Origin: an uncultured Lachnospiraceae bacterium
GTDB lineage: Bacteria; Bacillota; Clostridia; Lachnospirales; Lachnospiraceae
DNA length: 64,000 nucleotides
Assembly (NCBI GenBank): GCA_951800145.1
Contig: CATOJE010000001.1
Coordinates: 59,234 to 123,233 of the forward strand
Reading direction: 5' to 3'
In this document: positions 38,901 through 48,085 of the stretch, piece by piece
Layout of the letters: every line of letters begins with the position of its first letter
Numbering within the stretch: position 1 is the first letter of the stretch
Program-made: the position numbers and the translations under genes
Notes under the pieces: generated by a model
Seen by the model: the letters and a program-made list of their open reading frames with translations, nothing else
Databases searched by the model: none
Told to the model about the DNA's origin: nothing

Positions 38901-39556
38901 TTATACTGGAGGTAGCGCCTGGCTGTCTCCGCCTGGCGCTCCAGGGGGCCTACCTGCTTTTCCAGCTCAGAGAGGATATCATTCACCCGCACCAGGTTCT
39001 GCTTCTCGTCCTCCAGCTTTTTCTGGGCGATCACCTTCCTGCGCTTAAACTTTACGATCCCCGCCGCCTCGTCAAAAAGCTCCCGCCGTTCCTCCGGCTT
39101 GCCGCTTAGGATCTTATCGATCTGGCCCTGGCCGATGATGGAGTAGCCCTCCTTGCCGATGCCTGTGTCGTAAAAGAGCTCATTCACATCCTTTAACCGG
39201 CAGGCGCTGCCATTGATCCGGTATTCACTCTCGCCGGACCGGTAGAGGCGCCGGGACACCGTCACCTGGTCATAGTCGATGGCCAGCTGGTGATCCCCGT
39301 TATCCAGGGTGATGGCCACATAGGCAAAGCCCTGGGCCTTGCGCATCTCTGTGCCTGCAAAGATTACATCCTGCATGCTTCCGCCCCGCAGCTGCTTCAC
39401 CCGCTGCTCTCCCAGTACCCACCGAACCGCGTCGGCTACATTGCTCTTTCCGCTGCCATTGGGCCCTACGATGCCGGTGATGCCATTATGAAATTCGAAT
39501 ACGATCTTATTGGCAAAGGACTTAAAGCCCTGAATCTCAATACTTTTTAAATACAT
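35993..39556 (-). CDS. smc: Chromosome segregation protein SMC
   Basis: GPNGSGKSN, coiled coils and hinge, LSGGE, LLDEIEAALD. Confidence 0.98.
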   Translation of the reverse strand: MYLKSIEIQGFKSFANKIVFEFHNGITGIVGPNGSGKSNVADAVRWVLGEQRVKQLRGGSMQDVIFAGTEMRKAQGFAYVAITLDNGDHQLAIDYDQVTVSRRLYRSGESEYRINGSACRLKDVNELFYDTGIGKEGYSIIGQGQIDKILSGKPEERRELFDEAAGIVKFKRRKVIAQKKLEDEKQNLVRVNDILSELEKQVGPLERQAETARRYLQYKEELKTYDANAFLLESRELKEQKKGLEEREGIVAGDLEGARRMAETIKSDYDRLAEEIAGLDESLSVHRDQINQENMKKSTLEGQINVQKEQINTERMNAEHLQSRMGAVQEEISQREGQLEDYSQKEQALSAQAEAVLKQQKDAEIALMDADVAIQELEQELEATKSAVIDALNQRAEVNVKQQRYETMLEQVNVRRSEISQKLLKIRSDEAVQEDLLNEERGKLSALKQEIEASSHHQKELEQAGLKMEGEVRRISRNLNETHQSYQANYTKLDSLRNIAERYEGYGNSIRRVMDVKDRIRGIHGVVADLITTEKQYETAIETALGGSIQNIVTDSEETAKQLIGYLKKNRYGRATFLPLTSVGQGRGGGAPEKALGEPGVVGLANQLIHTAPVYEKLMGHLLGRVVVADHIDHAIALARKFQYSLRIVTLDGELLSAGGSMTGGAFKNSSNLLGRKREIEELEQACEKALKAAEGLEQELSQAEQSLSHIRKELEEVKAGLQEKYLEQNTMQMNISQMESRKAEIRESSRDLVLEHGQLEEQGKELKESRSLLEDAIRSLEEGNARRNQEIEAKQSRLEESRQARESQAGELSGIRLETANYQQEASFVKENIRRVHEEIRKLKEELSGLSSGQGDSQEVIAGKLQAIQRMEAEISQAESQIKEITEKTQKENQRKEEKSQEQKSLFARQEEATEKIRLLDKDLFRLQSQKEKLDERLEHQVNYMWNEYELTYSTAEKLRDLELTSVPEMKKRIESIKSAIKSLGNVNVNAIEDYKEIRERYEFLKTQHDDLILAEEALLKIIEELDTGMRRQFEEQFARIRQEFDKVFKELFGGGRGTLELMEGEDILEAGIQIISQPPGKKLQNMMQLSGGEKALTAIALLFAIQNLKPSPFCLLDEIEAALDDSNVDRFAGYLHKLTRNTQFIVITHRRGTMVSSDRLYGITMQEKGVSTLVSVNLIEADLEK

Positions 39557-40254
39557 GCTGTGTCTGCTTCCTCTTTCTTCAGCGTTAATATTCCCCGGTA
39601 CGCAGCCGTCTGCTCGGCTGCCTTCTTGGTCCGTCCCTCTCCCTGTCCGATCTCCCGATCTCCGATCATGGCCCGGACCAGGAAGGATTTGTTGTGATCC
39701 GGCCCCTCCTCCTTTAACAGGTCATAGGTCAGGGGATCGTGAAAGCGGCTCTGCACGATTTCCTGTAAGATAGTCTTGCTATCATAAAAGAGCTGCTTGT
39801 GTTCCATGTCATTTAGCACAAAGCGGTTGATAAACTCTTTTGCATTAGCAAAACCACCGTCCAGATAGATTGCGCCGATAAGCGCCTCCATCCCGTCTGA
39901 TACCACCGAGTGCCGGCTCCGGCCGCCGGTGGCCTCCTCGCCCTTTCCAAGGAACAGGTATTCTCCCAGGCGGATGGACTCGGCGCAGAAGGCCAGGGTG
40001 GATTCGCACACCAAACTGGCTCTTGTCTTCGTCAGCTCTCCCTCCGGCCGGTCGCCGTATTTGTGATATAAAAAGTCGCTGGTCACCAGCTCCAGCACTG
40101 CATCCCCTAAAAACTCCAGGCGTTCATTACACCTGCTTTTATCCCACCGCTGTTCATTGGCATAGGAGCTGTGGGTCATGGCGTGCTCCAGAAGCTTAAA
40201 GTTCTGAAAGGAATAGCCGATGCTCTGTTCTAATTCGTTTAATTTCCGGTTCAA
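39547..40254 (-). CDS. rnc: Ribonuclease III
   Basis: NERLEFLGDAVL signature; dsRBD GPDH.K.F, KKAAEQ. Confidence 0.98.
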   Translation of the reverse strand: MNRKLNELEQSIGYSFQNFKLLEHAMTHSSYANEQRWDKSRCNERLEFLGDAVLELVTSDFLYHKYGDRPEGELTKTRASLVCESTLAFCAESIRLGEYLFLGKGEEATGGRSRHSVVSDGMEALIGAIYLDGGFANAKEFINRFVLNDMEHKQLFYDSKTILQEIVQSRFHDPLTYDLLKEEGPDHNKSFLVRAMIGDREIGQGEGRTKKAAEQTAAYRGILTLKKEEADTACI

Positions 40255-40284
40255 TGGGTTTCCTCCTGCATCTTAAATATCTGC

Positions 40285-40436
40285 GTAACAGTTCAGACGG
40301 CGTGGAATTTGACGCGAATTTGGAACGTCAAGCTTGCTTGTAAGTCCAAATTCGTGTCAAATTCCACATTGGATGGACATCCGAAGCTTCTTGTCCGGCG
40401 CAGACGGGCAAGAAGATGCTCCGTCTGAACCGTTAC
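40285..40436. repeat. 152-bp MITE/REP-like element with nested hairpins
   Basis: Terminal IR GTAACAGTTCAGACGG / CCGTCTGAACCGTTAC (15/16); internal 23-bp stem 40302-40324 with 40345-40367; further stem CTTCTTGTCCG/CGGGCAAGAAG. Confidence 0.8.
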
Positions 40437-40451
40437 ATCATCACATCATGG

Positions 40452-40482
40452 AAAATGGGGCGGCCTAAGGCGGCTGCCCCGT
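40452..40482 (-). terminator. Possible terminator after acpP
   Basis: GGGGCAGCC/GGCCGCCCC imperfect stem followed by ATTTT. Confidence 0.45.
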
Positions 40483-40499
40483 TGCTGTCTGCATTCCTT

Positions 40500-40730
40500 C
40501 TAATTTACTGCGCTTTTAATGGCTTCCACTGCATCGCCTACCGTGACGATCTTTTCTGCGATCTCATTGGGGATCTCGATGTCGAATTCCTCCTCGATAC
40601 CCATGATGATCTGGAATACATCCAGGGAGTCCGCCCCTAAATCGTCCACAAAGGTGGCGGCCATGGTGATCTCCTCCGGTTCAAGGTTTAATACCTCTGC
40701 AATAATTCCCTGTAGCTTTTCGAATTCCAT
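40500..40730 (-). CDS. acpP: Acyl carrier protein
   Basis: DLGADSLD phosphopantetheine site. Confidence 0.97.
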   Translation of the reverse strand: MEFEKLQGIIAEVLNLEPEEITMAATFVDDLGADSLDVFQIIMGIEEEFDIEIPNEIAEKIVTVGDAVEAIKSAVN

Positions 40731-40742
40731 AACATTACCCTC

Positions 40743-41753
40743 CTATTTTTCTTGATTTACTGCCTTTAGGCTTTCTTTGATTTTTTCGTTTATGCCCTGT
40801 TTCTGGAATGTGACGCACTGGATGATGGAGTTCTTTACCTCATTGGCCTTGGAATTCCCGTGGGTCTTTACCACTAAGCCATTCAGCCCCAGAAGGGGCG
40901 CTCCCCCATACTGGCTGGCGTCAAAGGACTTTAAGGTGGTCTTTAGGGCGGGCTTTACTAAAAGCGCTCCGATCTTGCTCCTTAAGCTGGTCATCATCCC
41001 GCTTTTCACCTTGCTGATCAAGGTGGCCCCCACTCCTTCATACAGCTTCAGGATCACATTCCCCACAAAGGCCTCGCAGACAATCACATCTGCCGCCCCC
41101 CGGGGGATGTCCCTGGCTTCTATGCTTCCGATAAAATGGATGTCGGGACACTCCTTCAGCAGAGGGAAGGTCTCTTTTACCAGGGCATTGCCCTTCTCCT
41201 CCTCCGCGCCGATGTTTACTATGGCAACTCTCGGCTTCTTCACCTTCATCACATGTTCCATGTAGATGGATCCCATCCTGGCAAACTGAGCCAGATGGGA
41301 CGGCCTGGCGTCTACATTCGCCCCGCAGTCGATGAGCAGGGATACGCCGGTTTCCGTGGGGATAAGGGGCGCCAGCGGCGGCCGCTCCACTCCCTTGATT
41401 CGGCCCACAATCACCTGACCGCCCACTAAAATCGCTCCGGAGCTTCCGGCGGATACGAATGCATCGGCTTCCCCCTTCTTAACCAGGTTCATACCAACTA
41501 CAATCGAAGAATCCTTCTTCTTCCGTATGGCATTCACCGGAGGCTCCTCGGTGGCGATCACCTCAGAGGCATGGACCACCTGGATCCGGGACTGATCATA
41601 GGAATGCTTGGAAAGCTCTGCCTTCACCACCTCTTCCTGTCCTATTAGCAGCACCTGGATCTCCCCTTCGGCAGACACTGCCTCTACTGCCCCGGCTACC
41701 ATCTCTGTGGGCGCGTAATCACCGCCCATAGCGTCAACGGCTATCTTAACCAT
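40743..41753 (-). CDS. plsX: Phosphate acyltransferase PlsX
   Basis: VDAMGGDYAP, DCGANVD, NIGAEEEKG, GGAPLLG, KTHG. Confidence 0.97.
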   Translation of the reverse strand: MVKIAVDAMGGDYAPTEMVAGAVEAVSAEGEIQVLLIGQEEVVKAELSKHSYDQSRIQVVHASEVIATEEPPVNAIRKKKDSSIVVGMNLVKKGEADAFVSAGSSGAILVGGQVIVGRIKGVERPPLAPLIPTETGVSLLIDCGANVDARPSHLAQFARMGSIYMEHVMKVKKPRVAIVNIGAEEEKGNALVKETFPLLKECPDIHFIGSIEARDIPRGAADVIVCEAFVGNVILKLYEGVGATLISKVKSGMMTSLRSKIGALLVKPALKTTLKSFDASQYGGAPLLGLNGLVVKTHGNSKANEVKNSIIQCVTFQKQGINEKIKESLKAVNQEK

Positions 41754-41785
41754 CTTTGATTCTCCTTTCGGCTAACCTAAATCCT

Positions 41786-41814
41786 AATATACTAAATATC
41801 ATGTTATAAATCAA
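41786..41814 (-). promoter_or_regulatory. Putative sigma-A promoter of plsX-acpP
   Basis: TTGATT-17 nt-TATATT. Confidence 0.55.
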
Positions 41815-41869
41815 TATAAATTTTTATCCCCCCGCTATACAATTATTTATGTAATGCATCGCCCGGTTC

Positions 41870-42391
41870 TTAGCAGGTCAGATGATATTGTCTGGCAAGC
41901 TGTTCATTTAAAACCGCCACCTCAATATTCCAGATCCTGCGAAATGGAAGTAACCGTGCTTTTAATTCTGCCAGCGGACCTGCCAGCCAGGAAATATCGT
42001 CCGCATTTTTTATTACAAGAATACATTTCAAGTGAATATTTCTCAGACTCTTCACCTTCGACAGCCCTTCTCCCACTTCAGATACATCTTCATATCGATC
42101 CAATATGGCTGCAAGATAAATCTGCAATGAGCAAATGAACTTCTCTGTTATTGATGAATAATATTCTTCGAATTTTTTCCCCTTTTCTCCCGACTCATAC
42201 TGATTTGCTGGATTGGGGCAGCTTTTCTTCGCTTCTAAAAAAATAATACTGCTTTCATGGTATTTCAGAACAAACTCCACGGTCTTTATCCCATGGCCAA
42301 GATCCTTATAAAGTTTCGATGCTTCTATATGAAATAAGTCCTTCTCATTAAAGCTTCCAAAAATCATTTCCGATTCTGGTATTGCCTTCAT
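41870..42391 (-). CDS. Hypothetical protein with PD-(D/E)xK-like motif, partner of the AAA ATPase
   Basis: VEFVL...IIFLEAKKS; overlaps the ATPase stop (ATGA); AT-rich. Confidence 0.6.
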   Translation of the reverse strand: MKAIPESEMIFGSFNEKDLFHIEASKLYKDLGHGIKTVEFVLKYHESSIIFLEAKKSCPNPANQYESGEKGKKFEEYYSSITEKFICSLQIYLAAILDRYEDVSEVGEGLSKVKSLRNIHLKCILVIKNADDISWLAGPLAELKARLLPFRRIWNIEVAVLNEQLARQYHLTC

Positions 42392-43404
42392 TTCAGCACC
42401 ACTCCAATCTCTTCCCTATAAAGCTGCCGGAGTGTATCCATAATCGCATTATGCTCCAACAATTCAAAATTTTTTGCAATTTCACATTGAATCTTATTCT
42501 TTTCATCCTTATACAAGGAAATGTATCGGACATTACTGTCCTTTCCTCGCTTTATTTCAATATATTTAGCTAGAAAATAGTCGTGTGTGGAAACAACGGT
42601 TTGCACGCCCTCACTCTCCAGCATAATCAGCAGCTCTGCCAGGACCGGAATATATTTTGGATTAATATTCGCTTCCGGTTCATCCCAAAACAGTACCGTA
42701 CCTTTTTCCAGAGTTCCGTTTTTAATCAGCTGCCAAAGCAATGCGATCTTTCTCAAGCCTTCTGCTACCAAGTTAAACTCCATTTTTGCCTGCGTGCCTG
42801 GCTTCAGGTAAAAACGCTCATCACTTAATATTACTTTTCCGTTGCTGATCTTTTGCAGGATATCCAGATACTTCTTTCTTGCAGCAGAATCGCCCCCCTT
42901 CGAAATATCAATCCTCGCAGCCGCAATAATATCAAGATACGTATCATCAAACTCTACATTTCCCATTTTTACCGCAGCATCTAAATTCCATGCATTGGAT
43001 AATATTTCCTTTGCCGGAATAAAAACACTGGTTAAATTTGACATCTGCTTTTCCCATTTTTCTTCAAAATTTATTTCTGCATCCCACTTCCTTGTTTTCG
43101 CCGAAAATGATAGACCGATCTTTGACACGTCGGACTCCACAGATATTTTCGCCACATAATTTCCAGCTTTTTGTCTATTCACAAGGCGTCCGATACTAGA
43201 CTGTTCAGGACGAAACAGCATTACTGTTTTCTGTGGGAAGGATACATTATGCCTGGACGCTTGGCATGCTGCATATGCCACCTTCATGATATGCGTCTTA
43301 CCAACGCCATTTTCTCCAATCAGCACATTCAAACCTTCTTCAAATGGAATTATTATATTTTCAAATACTGTAAAGTTCTCTGCCTCTATTCGTGTCAATG
43401 GCAT
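42388..43404 (-). CDS. AAA_21/AAA_15-type ABC-ATPase (candidate defence)
   Basis: Likely start MPLTRIEAENF at 43404; GENGVGKT, VAEGLRK signature, FWDEPEANINP, STHD. Confidence 0.85.
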   Translation of the reverse strand: MPLTRIEAENFTVFENIIIPFEEGLNVLIGENGVGKTHIMKVAYAACQASRHNVSFPQKTVMLFRPEQSSIGRLVNRQKAGNYVAKISVESDVSKIGLSFSAKTRKWDAEINFEEKWEKQMSNLTSVFIPAKEILSNAWNLDAAVKMGNVEFDDTYLDIIAAARIDISKGGDSAARKKYLDILQKISNGKVILSDERFYLKPGTQAKMEFNLVAEGLRKIALLWQLIKNGTLEKGTVLFWDEPEANINPKYIPVLAELLIMLESEGVQTVVSTHDYFLAKYIEIKRGKDSNVRYISLYKDEKNKIQCEIAKNFELLEHNAIMDTLRQLYREEIGVVLK

Positions 43405-43437
43405 GCTTATTCCCTCACTTCTTTCATTTATCAATTC

Positions 43438-43599
43438 GTTACTGTTCACGGCCCTGCCGTGCCCAGCAACAAAATGCACACAAAATGGACATTCTGTCCA
43501 TTTTGGCGCCGAATTCCTCGGGTTCACTGTGACTTTCACTCACAGTCATCGGGCCCTGTGGGTCGAACGCCTCGCGGGATACTACCTGTGAACAGTAGC
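43438..43599. repeat. 162-bp MITE/REP-like element
   Basis: Terminal IR GTTACTGTTCAC / GTGAACAGTAGC (11/12); internal CAAAATGGACA/TGTCCATTTTG hairpin; fragments recur at 24782 and 58654. Confidence 0.75.
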
Positions 43600-43746
43600 A
43601 TCAATTCCTCAGCGCCTCATCCGAATCATAAAGGCGCCGTCTGATTTTCCTTTCCGCTCTCTTGCTGCTCCTATTATGCAACATTCACCCACTTTTATCA
43701 ATATGCTTCTTAAATAAATTTTGTGTTCCGGCAGCTACGGTACGTC

Positions 43747-43784
43747 AAAATGCCGGCACAGCCTTTCGCTGTGCCGGCATTTTT
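43747..43784 (-). terminator. Intrinsic (bidirectional) terminator after the CAP gene
   Basis: AAAATGCCGGCACAGC-CTTTC-GCTGTGCCGGCATTTTT. Confidence 0.85.
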
Positions 43785-43799
43785 CTGCCCTGTCGTATT

Positions 43800-44735
43800 C
43801 TAATAGGTAAAAAGCTGGGTCCAGTAAGGAACTCCACGGCTGTCTTCGTAGTATCCCACCCCGATGGATGTATAGCGTGAATTCAGAATATTGGCCCGGT
43901 GTCCCTGGCTGTTCATCCAGGCATTCATCACCGCCTGAGGGGACGGCTGTCCATAGGCGATATTTTCTCCGGATCCCTGGTAGGAGATACCAGCCTGCCG
44001 GATCGCCGTGCTAAAGCTGGTTCCGTCCGGACGGGTGTGGGAAAAGCTCTGCTTGATTTCCCTGGAGCGGATGTTCGCTGCAGAGGAAAGCTGGGCAGAG
44101 AGGGTAACAGGCGCCAGGCCGGCCTTTGCCCGCTCCTGGTTTACTAAGTCCGCTACCTCCTGTATGTAAGCCTGGGCACTGTCCCCTGCTGGCGGCCGAT
44201 TCTCGGAGCCGCTGCCGGTCTGATTTCCATTCCCGGAGCCGCCAGTCTGGTTACCATTTCCTGAACCGCCGCCAGTCTGATTGCCATTCCCGGAGCCGCC
44301 CGGGATCTCCGGGGCAGGCTGTTCAGGCTTTGGTTCCTCCGGCTGTTCTGGCTGAACCGGCAGCTCGATCTCCGGGCAGTCCGGCTTTGGCGGCCGGATC
44401 TCCGGCTGTGAGATTTCCGGGCAGCCCGTCTCCGGCCGGCTGGTATCCGGACAGATGATCTCCGGGCAGCTCCCTGACCAGCTTACATCTGGGCAGGTCC
44501 AGCTCCCCTGCTTTCCCCAGGAAAGAAGGTCTGACAAGGAAATTTTCCCATTGCAGTTTCCTGCATTTCCCCAATTTCCTCCATTGCCACAGCTTCCTCC
44601 ATTTCCCCAATTTCCTCCGTTACCACAGCTTCCACCGAGAATCATGGTCCCTACCGCCGCCTGGGAGGTGATAGAAAGCATTCCGGTCATAGCAAGGGTT
44701 ACCGCCGCATATCTTGCAAATCGTTTCATAAGCAT
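43800..44735 (-). CDS. Secreted CAP/SCP-domain protein with low-complexity repeats
   Basis: Signal peptide; GNGGNW/GSC, PE-rich and GSGNGNQTG repeats; LVNQERAKAGL, GENIA, WMNSQGHRANIL. Confidence 0.9.
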   Translation of the reverse strand: MLMKRFARYAAVTLAMTGMLSITSQAAVGTMILGGSCGNGGNWGNGGSCGNGGNWGNAGNCNGKISLSDLLSWGKQGSWTCPDVSWSGSCPEIICPDTSRPETGCPEISQPEIRPPKPDCPEIELPVQPEQPEEPKPEQPAPEIPGGSGNGNQTGGGSGNGNQTGGSGNGNQTGSGSENRPPAGDSAQAYIQEVADLVNQERAKAGLAPVTLSAQLSSAANIRSREIKQSFSHTRPDGTSFSTAIRQAGISYQGSGENIAYGQPSPQAVMNAWMNSQGHRANILNSRYTSIGVGYYEDSRGVPYWTQLFTY

Positions 44736-44748
44736 TCTCCTTCCGCAT

Positions 44749-44776
44749 GTTACATAAATTTTACATTTCTGTTACA
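44749..44776 (-). promoter_or_regulatory. Triple WalR-type box upstream of the CAP gene
   Basis: TGTAAC-N5-TGTAAA-N5-TGTAAC matches TGTWAH-N5-TGTWAH. Confidence 0.55.
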
Positions 44777-47030
44777 AAACTATCGTAACATACAGAAGCT
44801 GGTAATTCCATGGGAGATGTCTGGATAAAATGGAAATCACTCCCAAAAGTACTCTGCCAGCACCGGAACCGGCGCTGCCGCCCAGCCATGGCAGAGGCTG
44901 GTATTCCACTTCTGGTCCTTGCCCCAGGCCTCATAAGCCGTGGTAGCCCCCTCCTTCACCATGTTATACCAGGAATGCTCTGTTTTATTAGCAATTAATT
45001 CCAGGGCAAGCTCCTTTTCCCCCCTGACGGATCAGCCCGTACAGGACAAAGTAAGCAGTAAAGACGCCGCAGCACAGCCCCCTTTCCCGTATCAGCTCCA
45101 CGATGTGATTCCCTTCCGGCGCCAGGCCGTAAAAAACAGGGTATACATTGGCATGAAGGGAGCTGTGGCGGCTGACAGCGGAGTCTACGAACAAGCCGGT
45201 TTCTTCACAGTAAAAGGTCTGGAGGAAGGCTGCCTTTAATTTTCGGAGGATAAGCTTATCCTGGGAAGTCTCCTCCAGCCCCAGAAGACCCTTCAGCTCC
45301 CCGATGCACTGCAGCATACCTATATACAGGGCATTGATCACATTGTGGCATCCGTCTCCCACCACTGGCTGGGACAGGTCAAAGTCATATCCGTCCCGCA
45401 GATTTTCCGGCCAGTCCACCAGGTTCCATTTGGTCTTCACATTCTCCAAAAGCCCCTGGGAATTCTTAAAGGGCTGGAAATAGGCGGCGATTTTCTCCGC
45501 CACCGGAAGCATTTCCTTTAAAAATGCCCTCACCTCCGGCTCCTTTTCCCCGGCAAGCCTGGCATAAAGCAGCAGCTGATAGGGAAAGAGCAGGGAAAAG
45601 TCCGCGATCTCCTGCATAAAGCTCCCGGGAGCCACGGCCATCATCCCGGGACAGATGGCGGTAGAGTGGGCGAAATCGGTCAAAGCCTTCTGAAACAGCT
45701 TCGTATCTCCCGTGAGATGAAACAGCGCATGGGCCGTCACCGTCAGGTCTCCCAGATACTGCCCCTTCTCCCGCTGAGGGCAGTCTAAGAAGCTCTCCTG
45801 GGCACAGTTTCGCACTGCATTCCTGCAGATTCTCCAGATAGAGGAAAGCAGCGGGTCTGAAAACCGGGGCGCGGGAAATCGCTCCTCAAAGGGGTAGTGG
45901 CGGTAAAGCACCTGGAAATCCGACAGCTGGAGTCCGACATTCTCCTCTGGCCAAAGCCTGCCATCCTCGTGCCTTCGGAACTCAGATCCATCTTCCCCTC
46001 CAGCCTCCTCTTCCCCATCCCAGAAAATCTCCGCATACCGGAAGCATTTATAGTCATAGGGCTCCAGCTCATTTTCCCCCTCTGCCAGAATCCATTTGTC
46101 CTCATACCGGCAGTTACACCGAAGCTCATAGCGCACCCGCCCGGACTCCGGCAGTGCTCCACCGATGCCAGGCAGGGCTTTGTCATCCCCCAGAGCCCTG
46201 TCGCCAGCATCCGAAACACCTTCCCCCGCCTCCAAAAGCTCCTCCCCAAACCGGAGCATTACCACATCCCCGGCCCGGCCCCAGGCCTTCATGCTCAGGG
46301 TGCCGGTAAGCTCCTCCCCAAAGTCCAGAAAATACCCCCGCTTTATCCTGCGCACCTCCACAGGAAGCCGGCGCTCCACTGCCACATTAGGCGTTTCCTG
46401 GAGGAGCAGCACGTGATCGTCCTCCTCCTTCACCGGGGCGAATGGCCACTTGGAATCATCATACCCAGGCTCCTTCCAGCCCACAGACTTTTTCCGGTTG
46501 TCAATGATTTCATCAAACTGGGTATCATACCCTAAGGTACAGCTGTAGCCATACTCCTCCGCCCTCCTGCATCGCCAGAGATTGTCCGCGATTTGCTTTC
46601 CGTCGGCCCATACCTCCGCGATCATCCCCTGCCGGTAATCTCCGCTGTTAAACGCCCGGTTCACCAGGCCCTGGTAATAGACATGGACGCAAAGCATATT
46701 TTCCCCCGGCCTTACCGCCCCTGTGATATCCACATGATTGTAATAGTAGCAAAAGGGGTAGGAATTCGCCGGCCCCTGGGTCACAAAGGCACCGTTTATG
46801 TACAGCTTATAGTAATCGTCTGCGGAAATATCCAGGAAAACCCTCCTGGTTCCCGGCTGAATCCAGATTTTCTTCCGAAATAAGGTATGGTGATTCTTTA
46901 GGTCCTCCCGGTGCTCCTCCAGATGGAATGCTGGATCCAGCTGCTTGTGGAGCATCTGCCTGGGTAAGGCCTTGGCAAATTCCGGACTGCAGATCCATCG
47001 GTTCTGCCAAATCTTTTCCTGTTTTTTCAT
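44761..47030 (-). pseudogene. GH78 alpha-L-rhamnosidase with a +1 frameshift near the C-terminus
   Basis: LDFGEE, DCPQREKGQYLGD, LVDWP. Removing one G from the G6 run (45019-45024) restores SWYNMVKEGATTAYEAW...SLCHGWA to TAA at 44761. Confidence 0.8.
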
Positions 47031-47136
47031 TTCTCCTGCCCCCTCATGGTTCAGATGATACGCCGCCCATTTTCCGAAAAGCTTCCTTAATTAAATATCT
47101 GTCTTCCAGTGATGCCGCTGATGGGATCCTATAAAC

Positions 47137-47964
47137 CTATTTTTCATATAGAAACTTCTCCGGCAGCGTCACCTTAAAATCCACTGCCAGGTCGCGGAAA
47201 TTCTGAGGAGTGATGGTCTGCAGCTTCTCCGTGCCCATAGACCGCACCTTCACCAGAATCTGGGCGGATTTCTCGACGGTGTGCATCAGGCCGAAGGTCA
47301 GGTCAAAGTCCTCGCCGGAGCAGAACATGCCGTGATGAGCCCAGATAGCCACGTCATATTCCTTCATCAGCTGGCTGGTGGCCACCGCGATGTCCCGGCC
47401 TCCCGGAACCATCCATCCCACCACGCCGATTCCGGAGGGAAATACCACCGGGCACTCGGTGGCCATCTCCCAAAGCTCCCTTGTAAATACTTCATCCTTT
47501 AAGGGCAGGACAAAGGTGAGTGCGATCACATTGGCAGGATGGGCGTGGTAGATTACCCGGTGCTTTCCCCCGGACGCCGCCTTCTTCACCTCATGGTTCA
47601 TCAGATGGCTGGGAAGCTCACTGGTAGGCCGCCCCCCATTTACCAGGCCCCAGCAAAGCCTGTACTGCTCTCCCCTATCGTCCAGCTGGAGGATGCAGAC
47701 GCTGTCCTCCGGGTCCAGGATCACATTTCGGAAATATTTCCCGCTTCCTGTTACCATAAAATATTCGCCGGCAAGTCCCGGCACGCTGGCGCCGATTTCC
47801 CTCCACTCGCCCTCTGCTCTAAAATACGGCTTTACCTCTTCCACCTCCTCCGGCTTCATCCGGTAGGACAGGTTGCCTCCGTTTCTCTCATGCCATCCCT
47901 GCTCCCATCCGTCATTGCACATGCGGATAAAGCCCTGTACAAATTTCACATCCGTAATCTTCAT
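47137..47964 (-). CDS. rhaD: Rhamnulose-1-phosphate aldolase
   Basis: WHERNGGNLS, PTSELPSH, YHAHP, WAHHG. Confidence 0.95.
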   Translation of the reverse strand: MKITDVKFVQGFIRMCNDGWEQGWHERNGGNLSYRMKPEEVEEVKPYFRAEGEWREIGASVPGLAGEYFMVTGSGKYFRNVILDPEDSVCILQLDDRGEQYRLCWGLVNGGRPTSELPSHLMNHEVKKAASGGKHRVIYHAHPANVIALTFVLPLKDEVFTRELWEMATECPVVFPSGIGVVGWMVPGGRDIAVATSQLMKEYDVAIWAHHGMFCSGEDFDLTFGLMHTVEKSAQILVKVRSMGTEKLQTITPQNFRDLAVDFKVTLPEKFLYEK

Positions 47965-48085
47965 CCTTCTTTTCCTTTCTTTGAGCCGTAGGAGCCTTAA
48001 AACCCCCGCAAATATACGCCTTTACGCACCTTTACCGCCGCTGGCGCGGCCCGCCAGTGAGGCGGGGACCCGCCGCTCTACCGTT

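Noticed and set aside
43405-43539. 45-aa N-terminal extension of the AAA ATPase, and the similar peptide in ORF 58494-58724
   Set aside because: Both translate the repeat element (WxxCPFCVH/WPFCVH); a better RBS and start lie at 43404.
40285-43599. Integron attC interpretation of the palindromic elements
   Set aside because: The ends do not match RYYYAAC/GTTRRRY cleanly, no integrase is present and there is no regular gene-attC array.
44200-44640. Tandem repeats as a CRISPR array
   Set aside because: They are in-frame coding repeats of the CAP protein with no unique spacers, and no cas genes are present.
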